In this document: positions 11,010 through 20,013 of the stretch, piece after piece
Position numbering within the stretch: the stretch's first letter is position 1
How the letters are laid out: every line of letters begins with the position of its first letter
Source of the DNA: a virus
IMG/VR virus record: IMGVR_UViG_3300044641_007991
Coordinates: 10,281 to 74,280 of that record
Direction: 5' to 3' (one strand)
DNA: 64,000 nt
Program-made: the position numbers and the translations under genes
The notes under the pieces: model-generated
Seen by the model: only the letters and a program-made list of their open reading frames with translations
Told to the model about the DNA's origin: nothing
Databases searched by the model: none

Positions 11010-11357
11010 GAAAACGGTTTATTCTGTTTCGAGGAAAACCGCAAAAACCCAACTATAATTTTAAGCTGCTAGAGCAGTAGAATTATAGAAAGCGTCGTTT
11101 TTAGCTTCGCCATTTACTTATTTTATGCTGATTACGTCAGTCATCTCTCGATTCTCCAGTGTTCTTTGATCTCAACGTCGAATCTGTTCACCCCCATCAG
11201 AAACACACTTAAACTGGTCCGGCAGAATTTTTTCATTCCAGTTCGTTTATGTGACCGTCGTCACTACTTAGCTGCGGCAAAAGTATGTTTCTGGTGGAGG
11301 TGGGGGAATAATGCTATCCCCGTCCGCCAAAACTATTATAACACCTTCAACGAATAC
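11010..11357 (-). ncRNA. ssrA: tmRNA, circularly permuted (two-piece)
   Basis: Acceptor piece ends ...CACCTCCACCA at 11292, upstream of the coding piece starting GGGGGTGAACAGATTCGAC at 11195. Acceptor stem has G3.U70. Tag ORF 11111-11061 = GEAKNDAFYNSTALAA*. Outer ends are approximate. Confidence 0.9.
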
Positions 11358-11615
11358 TTTAAAATCACACTGCATAAGGACATAACGGACTCAAACCGAG
11401 TTCTTTGATACTATCTTACCTTATCGAACCTGAACACCTAGTGTGATTTTAAAAAGAGCAATACATTTAACAGAAAGAGTGAGTCGTACCAATCTGCCAC
11501 CCAACAGAAACGTCAATATAACGGCATTGTCACTTTATCTAATAGACAGGGATATTTCCGGTTATATCATACGTCCCGTTCTCGCGATGCCCGAGGGTAA
11601 ATGTATTAAATTTAT

Positions 11616-12197
11616 TTATTCTGGATATAAAAGTTGCAGTGCATCTAGTACAATGTCATCCAGAGGATTGTGTTTTATCACAACATTTCTATCCCATGTT
11701 CCTGGATATTTACTTGCATCAATATCACAATATCCGCGTTTTGGATTTGTAGCAACTAAATCTACATAAGTTCGCATATCACGATAATTGCTGTATCGCA
11801 CTAATAAATCAACACCAACAGCTTTACACAAACTATCAATAGATATTTGATCAAGACCACCTCTAGTCCAGATTAATGTATTCTCTGGATCACAATGTTG
11901 ATTGATATAATTTCGCAGGATTTCAATTCCGTGTTTAGCTGGAAGATCGTCTTTCTTAGGAAAGAAACTCTGTTGTTTTACAAGATCACATTGTTTATTC
12001 CACCAAGCAATTGTATCTTTATCAACAGTTCTACCATAATTTTCAATTTGATCTTTTACTGAAAATTTTACAAACAGCGCATCAGAATATAATGATTCCC
12101 AGGTATTTGGTTTTGTGATATCGATATAAACAATAGCTGCAGATAAAATAACAGTTGTAGATTCAACACCCATGGTTTCTACGTCAAAAATTAACAC
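11616..12197 (-). CDS. DEDD 3'-5' exonuclease (T4 DexA-like)
   Basis: IFDVETMG, TIAWWNKQ, IWTRG, RDMRT, HNPLDDIVLD. Confidence 0.85.
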   Translation of the reverse strand: MLIFDVETMGVESTTVILSAAIVYIDITKPNTWESLYSDALFVKFSVKDQIENYGRTVDKDTIAWWNKQCDLVKQQSFFPKKDDLPAKHGIEILRNYINQHCDPENTLIWTRGGLDQISIDSLCKAVGVDLLVRYSNYRDMRTYVDLVATNPKRGYCDIDASKYPGTWDRNVVIKHNPLDDIVLDALQLLYPE

Positions 12198-12349
12198 ATA
12201 TCACCTCACTAATTAAAATACTATTGTACTATAAATTTTCCTGGGAGTCAAGCACTTTTTTCTGTTTTAACAGTGCAACGTACTCTTTTCGTTGCGCATC
12301 CGTTAATTTATCTTGATCAGCCAATTTTTTTAAGTATTCAAAACGATAT

Positions 12350-12583
12350 TCATTCATTGGATCTGTTTAAATTAGCAGCAGTATCCATTAGATTTTGTTT
12401 TTTCATTTTAACATTATCTTGAATTAAATTGTCTATTAAAGCTTTACTGAGCATAATCAATTCTTCTTGTTGGTCAGCAGTAATCTTACCTGTTTGTTTT
12501 AATGTTTGTAGAGTTTTATATCTAGCATAAACTCGTTTTAATTTTGGATTAATATAATTTGATTTCATGTTATTGCCTGACAA
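12350..12583 (-). CDS. Hypothetical protein
   Basis: ORF in a tightly packed - strand operon. Confidence 0.55.
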   Translation of the reverse strand: MSGNNMKSNYINPKLKRVYARYKTLQTLKQTGKITADQQEELIMLSKALIDNLIQDNVKMKKQNLMDTAANLNRSNE

Positions 12584-12815
12584 CTAATCTAATATAATAT
12601 TTAGACGGATATTTTTGGATATCAATCGGCAATCCGTATCTATCCCAGTGTACGGGCATTAATGTAAATTTATCTTTTAAGTTAATTCTAATTAACCCAG
12701 TAATAGTTTCTCCTCGTAAACCCATGAAAATAAATTTATGGTTGCCGCCACATGCGATTGCAAGATCGTTAGAAAATTTAACATCAGATTGTAGCTCTTT
12801 TATTAAGTCTAGCAT
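12570..12815 (-). CDS. Hypothetical protein
   Basis: Start at MLDLIKE with GGAG RBS. Confidence 0.55.
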   Translation of the reverse strand: MLDLIKELQSDVKFSNDLAIACGGNHKFIFMGLRGETITGLIRINLKDKFTLMPVHWDRYGLPIDIQKYPSKYYIRLVVRQ

Positions 12816-13206
12816 TTTTAATGCTCTCCGGTTGTTTGATGTCAACAATAATAGAATCATCATCAACTAATTGCTGGAACAAATATTTTCTATCTTCTTT
12901 ATAGATTAAATTTAATTTGGTAGCAATTTCTGTGGCTAATTTCCATTTACGGAAATATCCAGGTTCATCTGTTAATAAGATATTATAGACACCATATCTA
13001 AATGATACCATATCATCATCTGGATAACTATCGCCGCATTTATTATCTAATTGGTGCTGTTGTTCAAATTGCTCAATGTCATCTACTAATAACATAATAT
13101 CAATATCATTGTGTTCTTGAGATGGACAAATATATTTTGAACCTGTTAATAATACAGCATTAGATGCTGCCATTAATTTACATACATATTCAGGAAAATC
13201 GCTCAT
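12784..13206 (-). CDS. Minimal nucleotidyltransferase-like protein
   Basis: LLTGSKY...DIDIMLLV (GS..DxD motif). Confidence 0.6.
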   Translation of the reverse strand: MSDFPEYVCKLMAASNAVLLTGSKYICPSQEHNDIDIMLLVDDIEQFEQQHQLDNKCGDSYPDDDMVSFRYGVYNILLTDEPGYFRKWKLATEIATKLNLIYKEDRKYLFQQLVDDDSIIVDIKQPESIKNARLNKRATI

Positions 13207-13655
13207 CGTTGCCACTCCACAATTGTATAATCAACCATACCTTCTAAATTATTTTTAATAATATCTCGAATAATGTTCCAGTCACCACCTGCTAAACCAG
13301 CACCAATTAATGGTAACCCAATTTTTTTACCTTTAAAATCCGTAGCAATTAATCGCATAGAATCATTGATTGCTTGATAATTTTGCTTTAGGTCATTATA
13401 TCCAGGCATGTATTGAGTGTACGCATTTACAATTGTTAAACCCTTATCCATATAGGTATGTGCGCTATATGAACCCAATTTTGTTATATCACCCTGTTCT
13501 GTTGATTTGTCTGACAAATACGCTTCTGGATATCTATTCCTAATTTGTAGAGCAATCCCTGCGCCCATAGCGCAAAAACAATTACAACCATGAACGATAA
13601 CATCGAACTCGCCAGCATCAAATAAATCTAATAAATCACCTTTAATAATTTTCAT
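13203..13655 (-). CDS. Macro domain (ADP-ribose binding/hydrolase) protein
   Basis: IIKGDLL, IVHGCNCFCAMGAGIA, IVNAYTQ, LPLIGAGLAGGDW. Confidence 0.9.
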   Translation of the reverse strand: MKIIKGDLLDLFDAGEFDVIVHGCNCFCAMGAGIALQIRNRYPEAYLSDKSTEQGDITKLGSYSAHTYMDKGLTIVNAYTQYMPGYNDLKQNYQAINDSMRLIATDFKGKKIGLPLIGAGLAGGDWNIIRDIIKNNLEGMVDYTIVEWQR

Positions 13656-14602
13656 TCTATATCCTCTAAAGTATTAGCAACAGTTTTATCATCCCTAACG
13701 CGAGAAAAAATTGGTAGGAATAAAGATTTAATATCTGAATCTCGGTTTGAAATAATACAATTATATTTTACCTCGATAATTTTACCAACATAAGATTCTG
13801 GGTTATCTCGCTCACCTCGTTTATGTTTAAATCCAGAACCAACATTTACTCGCAATCGACCACAAGCAGTTTCACAAATTAATGATCCCAACATACCTTC
13901 AAATTGAGTTCCTGGAGTACCATATTCAAAACCAACAACCAATAGATCCATAGGGTCTTCTGCTTTTAATTTTAATTGGTATTTAGATCGTTTGGCTTCC
14001 CATACACCATCCATTGCTTTAAGAATTCCGCCTTCTTCGCCTCGTTCTAGATTACGCTGATATTTTTGCATAACTTCTTCGCGAGAATTTACAATCTCGG
14101 ATTCAACAATTTGTAATTTAGTTTGATTTTCTGGAACTGCTAGCCCAACAAATTTAAATCTTGTAGCATAACCAACTGAACAATATTCGTTTAAAAAATC
14201 ATCATAAGGAATATAATCCCAGAGAACAACATACAACCCCTTAGCTTCTTCTGAGGTAATTGTTCCACGAACAGCTTTTGTTACATAACCATTAGATACT
14301 TTGCGTTCTGCTACTCGACCATCAGGATAGCGCCACATTAATTCGCCATCTAGAATACATCTTTCATGTGTTGCAATTTCAATATCATCAAAACATGAGA
14401 TATCTAGAATATTACCATTTCTGGTTGTAGCCGATACGAATTTTCCACCATCAAACTCTAGATTAATTCTAGAACTATCCATTTTACAATTATGGACCAG
14501 AATATTGTCAGCAAAAAAATTATTAGTATTTTCGACCGTTATATCGTATAACAAATTATCACACTCTATCTCAACTACATTTTCTATTTTCATAGTTCTC
14601 AT
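13652..14602 (-). CDS. lig: ATP-dependent DNA ligase, C-terminal half, fused to a split-intein C part (14489-14602)
   Basis: YDITVENTNNFFADNILVHN|CKMDSSR; ligase motifs DGELM, LWDYI, EGGILK, KLK, FLPIF..RDDK. Confidence 0.92.
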   Translation of the reverse strand: MRTMKIENVVEIECDNLLYDITVENTNNFFADNILVHNCKMDSSRINLEFDGGKFVSATTRNGNILDISCFDDIEIATHERCILDGELMWRYPDGRVAERKVSNGYVTKAVRGTITSEEAKGLYVVLWDYIPYDDFLNEYCSVGYATRFKFVGLAVPENQTKLQIVESEIVNSREEVMQKYQRNLERGEEGGILKAMDGVWEAKRSKYQLKLKAEDPMDLLVVGFEYGTPGTQFEGMLGSLICETACGRLRVNVGSGFKHKRGERDNPESYVGKIIEVKYNCIISNRDSDIKSLFLPIFSRVRDDKTVANTLEDIE

Positions 14603-14634
14603 AATAAATTTCCAATTTAAAGCTGTATATTGAT

Positions 14635-14743
14635 AATAAATAGTTGACCGTTTAAATGAATATTAAACGATGCTTATCGCGGAATAGCAGTTCCCATAAG
14701 CACTAATCATCAACTATCAAATATAGGAATCGATATGACCAGC
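14635..14743 (+). promoter_or_regulatory. Late-promoter variant plus conserved HEG leader RNA, copy C
   Basis: AATAAATA 14635-14642; GCTTAT-CGC-GGAA-loop-TTCC-C-ATAAGC-ACTAATCAT...ATGACCAGC. Confidence 0.75.
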
Positions 14744-15823
14744 AATAATATTTATACTATTACCGAACAACAACGATTAAATTTTAAACCGACTTATTTA
14801 ATGATTAAACAACATTCAATAACAGGTAAAAAATATTTTTGTAAAACTGTAACATCCAACCCTTTAAAATATTCTGGGTCAGGGGATTATTGGTTAAAAC
14901 ATATAAAAAAGCACGGAGTTCAATTTGTCGAGACAATATGGTATAAATTGTATACTGATATAGACGAATTAGTAAACTATGCTTTACAATTTTCTATCGA
15001 AAATGATATTATTAAATCTAAACTCTGGGCGAATAAAATGTTAGAAAACGGGTTATCTGGCGGGTTATCTAAAGATTTGTTATCAGAACAGACCATATTA
15101 AATATGGTTAATGCTCAATTAAATAGATCCCCAGAAGCTAAATTTATCTCTAAAACAAAATATAAAAATACTATACAGAATAGATCAGAGTTTAAAAAAT
15201 TAGAACTATCTAATAAAATTAGAAAAACAAAATTAGCTATGACTTCTGAACAAAAAGCAGAACAAAAACGTAAAGAATACGAAACAAAAGCAAATAGATC
15301 CCCTGAACAAAAAGCAGAACAAAAACGTAAACAAAGCGAGTCTTATTTAAAGACATTTAATTCTAAATCTGATGACAGTAAACGCGAACAATATACAAAA
15401 AGAGCAAAAACAATGTCACTAAAATCTGAAGAAGAATTAGCTTCTATCTACGCAAAAATAAGTCGCCCAGGTAAATTAAATCCTATGTACGGTAAACCTC
15501 GCCCAGATTTAATTGAAAATAATAAAAATCCTATAAAACGACAAAAACAAATACAAACGCGCAAAAAATTAGATCTTGAGAGAAAATTACGTAGATTTAA
15601 AATTGAAACTGAGATTAAATTTTACGAGAAAATATTAGAATTATCTTCAATCCACTCAACGTACACTAAATCCGGAAAAATAAATTTTAATACATTAGCT
15701 AAATATTTTCCTGAGTATAATGGTTCAACTCAAGCAACAACAGCAGCTCTGCGTAGATTTTATGAATATTACACATCAACTAAAATAATATCGGATGACG
15801 ATAATTCATCTACTCTAATATAG
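14735..15823 (+). CDS. GIY-YIG-type homing endonuclease between the two ligase halves, opposite strand
   Basis: PTYLMIKQHSITGKKYFCKT..YSGSG.YW..HIKKHG; N-terminus nearly the same as the HEG at 2846. Confidence 0.8.
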   Translation: MTSNNIYTITEQQRLNFKPTYLMIKQHSITGKKYFCKTVTSNPLKYSGSGDYWLKHIKKHGVQFVETIWYKLYTDIDELVNYALQFSIENDIIKSKLWANKMLENGLSGGLSKDLLSEQTILNMVNAQLNRSPEAKFISKTKYKNTIQNRSEFKKLELSNKIRKTKLAMTSEQKAEQKRKEYETKANRSPEQKAEQKRKQSESYLKTFNSKSDDSKREQYTKRAKTMSLKSEEELASIYAKISRPGKLNPMYGKPRPDLIENNKNPIKRQKQIQTRKKLDLERKLRRFKIETEIKFYEKILELSSIHSTYTKSGKINFNTLAKYFPEYNGSTQATTAALRRFYEYYTSTKIISDDDNSSTLI

Positions 15824-16539
15824 GCGTCTTTATTGATACACCAAATTAAATGATTTCCAGTTAAAGGTTTGGTGTATTCTCCGTTTTCCATTTTAAGTTT
15901 ATACCATTTATGGTGTATAGTTTGTTTATTAACAAATTTATCTAATACCGTATTATATTCAACTTTATTTGTATGGTGATTAAATGATTTAACTTTAATA
16001 TCTTTAATATCAGATTCAATTAATTGTTTTATCGTCATATTACCCTCTGTTGTATTAAGAACCCAATCTTCCGATAAACACTGAAAAATAGCTGGATATT
16101 TAATATTCTTTTCGGTTTTCTCATTGAATTTGCCGCACAATAAAACTGGATATTCTGGAATTAAATCTTTCCAAATTTTATTTACAGTTTTTGCGCTAAC
16201 GCCACATTTTAAATCGCGTTCGATAATACGATATAAAACTTCTTGATCATCTACTGGCAATTTACCTAGTATCATAGATACATATTCGATAGCTTCATTA
16301 CCAGTAAGCTCTCTATTACAAATATTAACTTTAATGCTGGATAAAGCGCCAATCAAATCTACGGTAATACCGTTATTTGGAGAAACTGGAGGACGTTTTT
16401 TAATCCAATATTTAATTCTTGGGTTATAAGCAAATAAAAATACAGCTCGCACAACCGGATTATCAACATATGATTTTAATAGAGCGATTTTGTCGTTAGT
16501 GCCTGATGTTGCTGCTAGTTGATTCAATAAATTTAACAT
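15769..16539 (-). CDS. lig: DNA ligase N-terminal half fused to a split-intein N part (15769-16080)
   Basis: RIIERDLKCGVSAKTVNKIW..IKYPAIFQ|CLSEDWVL...LTGNHLIW...IRVDELSSSDII (intein block A and block B TxxH). Confidence 0.92.
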   Translation of the reverse strand: MLNLLNQLAATSGTNDKIALLKSYVDNPVVRAVFLFAYNPRIKYWIKKRPPVSPNNGITVDLIGALSSIKVNICNRELTGNEAIEYVSMILGKLPVDDQEVLYRIIERDLKCGVSAKTVNKIWKDLIPEYPVLLCGKFNEKTEKNIKYPAIFQCLSEDWVLNTTEGNMTIKQLIESDIKDIKVKSFNHHTNKVEYNTVLDKFVNKQTIHHKWYKLKMENGEYTKPLTGNHLIWCINKDAYIRVDELSSSDIILVDV

Positions 16540-16570
16540 AATTTTTTCCGTAGTATACAGTTATTGTACT

Positions 16571-17596
16571 CTATTGTGCGCTAGAAGTCAAGCACTTTTT
16601 TGATAATTGCTGTACAGCTAAATTCTTGGCTTTACTTTCGCACATCATGTCTGCCCAGCTAAGGTGCGATAATGCCCAATCGTTGACGGCAGTGTTCCAG
16701 TAGAAATCTGAATGCGCACGCAATTTACTTTTAGTATGACCTGCGGCTATAAGAGCTGCGAGATCTGGTAGAGTATGGGGACAATGATTGGCGAGAGTAT
16801 CTTCTCGGCTAATAGAATAATGAATAACAGGGCGAACGCCTCGCCAACTTTGAATAACCTGAGCAATCCTCGGGTCATCTGGCGAGATGTATTCTCCAGT
16901 TTTAATAAAATGATGGTGAATATCCAGAACGACAGGAATCCTGTCAGAAATACTAAGACAAGCATCAAGTCCATGAGCGAACTCCTCATTTTCAATAGTT
17001 ATACAATTTTTAGCGACATCGCTGAGTCGGTCGTAGGCAAGTAAAAAACCTGCTGGACCAAGTTTACCCGAGATATGTACATTGATTTTCATATCTTGAA
17101 ACACACGACCATAACCCATCCAACGAGCCATATCTGCATGGTATTCGAACTCGGCTATGCTATTTTCTACTACATCTGGACGATCACTGGCTAACACGCA
17201 AAATTGACCAGGATGAAAAGACAAGCGCACACCACGAGCACGAGCAACGGATCCGATAGAGTCAAAGCCTGTTTGTAATAATTCTTTAACATGTGGTTGC
17301 TGATAAAAATAACTATAATCAGCATGAGTGTATACTGGAAGAATATCGCTGGATAAACGTACCATCCTTAATTTGTCATCAAGTGTTCCTACTTTTTCGA
17401 CTAATCTGCGAGCGGCTGTAATATTTTGTTTGACCAAAGATAATAATTTAGCTTCAGCAGTTGATTTGATTTGACGGTTAAGCCAAGCAACGGTGGTGGT
17501 TCCGGTATTATATTTCTTGCAATCGTCAGTTGATTTAATACCATCAACTTGATCAGGGCGATCGATCCATTTACAAGCAAAACCTAGACGAGACAT
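16571..17596 (-). CDS. uvsE: UV damage endonuclease UvsE
   Basis: RLGFACK, RLSSDILP, RLSFHPGQF, INVHISG, ITIENEE, LDIHHH, LRAHSDF, MCESKAKNLA. Confidence 0.93.
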   Translation of the reverse strand: MSRLGFACKWIDRPDQVDGIKSTDDCKKYNTGTTTVAWLNRQIKSTAEAKLLSLVKQNITAARRLVEKVGTLDDKLRMVRLSSDILPVYTHADYSYFYQQPHVKELLQTGFDSIGSVARARGVRLSFHPGQFCVLASDRPDVVENSIAEFEYHADMARWMGYGRVFQDMKINVHISGKLGPAGFLLAYDRLSDVAKNCITIENEEFAHGLDACLSISDRIPVVLDIHHHFIKTGEYISPDDPRIAQVIQSWRGVRPVIHYSISREDTLANHCPHTLPDLAALIAAGHTKSKLRAHSDFYWNTAVNDWALSHLSWADMMCESKAKNLAVQQLSKKCLTSSAQ

Positions 17597-17667
17597 AACA
17601 AACTCCATAAAAAAGGGTATAGAGTTATTTTACTCTATACCCCTGTAGAAGTCAAGCACTTGTTAAA

Positions 17668-17934
17668 CTATTTTACAAATTCTTCTAACTTTTCTTTATT
17701 TAACATACCAACGGTGCGTTTTTCTTCTTTACCGTTGTTGAAAATAATCAACGTAGGCACTCCACGGACGTTATAGGAATGTGCCAACTCTGCATGCTCA
17801 TCAATATCTACCTCAACAACATTAATTGCTGGTGGGTGTTCCTCGATGATTTTCGATAACATAGCACAAGGTGCACACCACGAAGCTCCAAGTTTAACCA
17901 ACACTCTACCCTTAGACGGGATAATATCACTCAT
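17668..17934 (-). CDS. Thioredoxin
   Basis: ASWCAPC, VRGVPTLIIF. Confidence 0.9.
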   Translation of the reverse strand: MSDIIPSKGRVLVKLGASWCAPCAMLSKIIEEHPPAINVVEVDIDEHAELAHSYNVRGVPTLIIFNNGKEEKRTVGMLNKEKLEEFVK

Positions 17935-18271
17935 TTTCTTTTTCCTTTAATAATTTCTTTAAATGTTTAATTTCACGTTTTAAATTACCCATTTCATACA
18001 CACTCCAACCAAGTTCTTCTGCTTGTTTACGAATATTAGCAAGGTAATCGTGATCGGATCTGCTTAGATCTTCTGTGGGATACAACATCAATTTGTTATT
18101 ATCCCAATCAAAACCTAGATGCACAGATTCAACGTCAATACACGGAGTTCCGCCAATTGCTGATGGAGTTTTAATTGGAATACAAACTCGAATATCTTCA
18201 GGGTTTCTGTTTCTTGATTGTTGCGATTCTACAATATAATTTATGCGTTGTTGAAATTCAAATAGATTCAT
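17927..18271 (-). CDS. Hypothetical phage protein
   Basis: GGTPCIDV..GFDWD; overlaps its neighbours. Confidence 0.7.
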   Translation of the reverse strand: MNLFEFQQRINYIVESQQSRNRNPEDIRVCIPIKTPSAIGGTPCIDVESVHLGFDWDNNKLMLYPTEDLSRSDHDYLANIRKQAEELGWSVYEMGNLKREIKHLKKLLKEKENE

Positions 18272-18518
18272 GTTCTAGGTGTGTGATAAATGCATCAATT
18301 TCTGAACGTAATAATTTTAATTTATCTATGAAAGCTGGCATATCTAAATTAGCATCATAGTGAATTCGAGATTTTCCATGACAATCTGCTAACTCTAAAA
18401 ATGTATATCGTTCAGCTGGTTTACCTCTATTAGAGACAACTCCATCATGGCAACATACACTTCCTGTATAATGAGAATCCTCAGAATTTAACCACGTTCT
18501 TTTGTTATAAGTTTCCAT
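18258..18518 (-). CDS. Hypothetical phage protein
   Basis: Start at METYNKRTWLN. Confidence 0.65.
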   Translation of the reverse strand: METYNKRTWLNSEDSHYTGSVCCHDGVVSNRGKPAERYTFLELADCHGKSRIHYDANLDMPAFIDKLKLLRSEIDAFITHLEHESI

Positions 18519-18887
18519 AAACAATAATTTAATGTTAAAACTACTATTTATTTTATTGTAATACAAAATGATATGCGATTGAAACAATAACAATTAATGC
18601 TGCGGCTAAAATAGAGCCAATAAACAGTCCATCGATAAATCGTTTTATTTTATCCATTTACAGGTTTTGAACCAAAAAGTTGATGTAACTTATATTTAGC
18701 ATCAAGCCCTTCTTGTTGAGATTTAACGGGGATATAAATCTCACAACCATTACCGATTTGCACATATTGTACACGTTCTGCTTGTGAAAATAAACAAGGA
18801 TTAATACCAATATCTTCTAATTTCATAGAGTCTCCAGGATTTGTTGTAATTAGTTACCAAAAGTGTTTACATATTCACCCGTTTTAG

Positions 18888-19070
18888 TTACAACTTTCCA
18901 ACCTCCAAATGTAGATATTCAATAAGTGATTCTCGACTTTCTTTGTATTGTTTATACAATTCTTGAAATTTTGGATCAGGAATCTTTGAATAATCAGCAT
19001 AATAATTCAAAGCATTATCAAATCCTTCGCACTCAATATCTTCAATTAATTCATCAATCGTTGTTCTCAT
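18888..19070 (-). CDS. Hypothetical protein
   Basis: Packed operon, RBS present. Confidence 0.6.
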   Translation of the reverse strand: MRTTIDELIEDIECEGFDNALNYYADYSKIPDPKFQELYKQYKESRESLIEYLHLEVGKL

Positions 19071-19072
19071 AT

Positions 19073-19531
19073 TTAATCCTCAAATTCAATTCTAAAACAA
19101 GTTTTATCTTTAAACGTACGCCAAGCAGTAATAACGAAACTTGGTTTTTTCTCGACTTTTTTGTAGTTATTTTTTACAAATTCATCGTAAAATTTTTGAC
19201 GTTTAAGTTCTCTGCGGTCAGCAAGCCAATCAGAAACTAAAAACCAAACATAAATCAAAAGTAACCCAACATCAAGAACTAAACCAACTGCAACTTCTTT
19301 TGGTGGCTCAAAAAATTGATATTGTAGCCCTACAGCTAAATATAGCAACGGTGCTACTACAAGAATAAATAGACACATAGTGATCATTGCTAACATTAGC
19401 AGCAAAATACTACCGCTAATAATAACATCCCAGAAATAACCACAGAAATTATCCGATATATGCCATTCATCTTTTACGGCTCGAACTAATTGATAATGCC
19501 AACTATTTTTGTTAAATTTTAGAGTATTCAT
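19073..19531 (-). CDS. Membrane protein with two TM helices
   Basis: NSWHY..NFCGYFW followed by hydrophobic segments. Confidence 0.7.
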   Translation of the reverse strand: MNTLKFNKNSWHYQLVRAVKDEWHISDNFCGYFWDVIISGSILLLMLAMITMCLFILVVAPLLYLAVGLQYQFFEPPKEVAVGLVLDVGLLLIYVWFLVSDWLADRRELKRQKFYDEFVKNNYKKVEKKPSFVITAWRTFKDKTCFRIEFED

Positions 19532-19532
19532 G

Positions 19533-19769
19533 TTAATTAATGCAAATTGCGTTAGCGATTAACTCTTCACCGTAGTCTTCTTGATGCTCTTCAAAATACG
19601 AATCAGCAGTAAACTCTCCACGATCAAAAAATCCTAGAGTTGGAGTATAATGAACTTTTCGATATCCATTACCCTCATCATCTGCAGCATACACAACATC
19701 TAAGTTACCAAGACCTGGACGTTCGTATAACATTGTATTTAATGTGTCAACGTATTCTTTAAATGTCAT
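19533..19769 (-). CDS. Hypothetical phage protein (DDEGNGY motif)
   Basis: VVYAADDEGNGY; GAGG RBS. Confidence 0.7.
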   Translation of the reverse strand: MTFKEYVDTLNTMLYERPGLGNLDVVYAADDEGNGYRKVHYTPTLGFFDRGEFTADSYFEEHQEDYGEELIANAICIN

Positions 19770-19771
19770 AA

Positions 19772-20011
19772 TTAACCTCGTGCTCTAGGAGCTGATTTTT
19801 CTGTGATAGTAATATAAGATTTTTGTTTAATCTCATCAATTGCTAAGGGTAAAGATTCGCGCATTTCTGCCACCTGAGCAGCAGAAATTTCGTCTAACAG
19901 ATTTAATTCAACATGAAATCCATGATTAAATAAAAAATCATGCAATAAAATAGCAACTCGAGATTTTCCAGTTCCAGAAGTTCCTTCAATTGTAATATTT
20001 AAATTATTCAT
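19772..20011 (-). CDS. Small protein with a P-loop-like motif
   Basis: ITIEGTSGTGKS. Confidence 0.6.
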   Translation of the reverse strand: MNNLNITIEGTSGTGKSRVAILLHDFLFNHGFHVELNLLDEISAAQVAEMRESLPLAIDEIKQKSYITITEKSAPRARG

Positions 20012-20013
20012 AA

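Noticed and set aside
11166-11769. + strand ORFs 11166-11408 and 11443-11769
   Set aside because: Antisense to the tmRNA, the stem-closed domains and the exonuclease; no RBS or motif.
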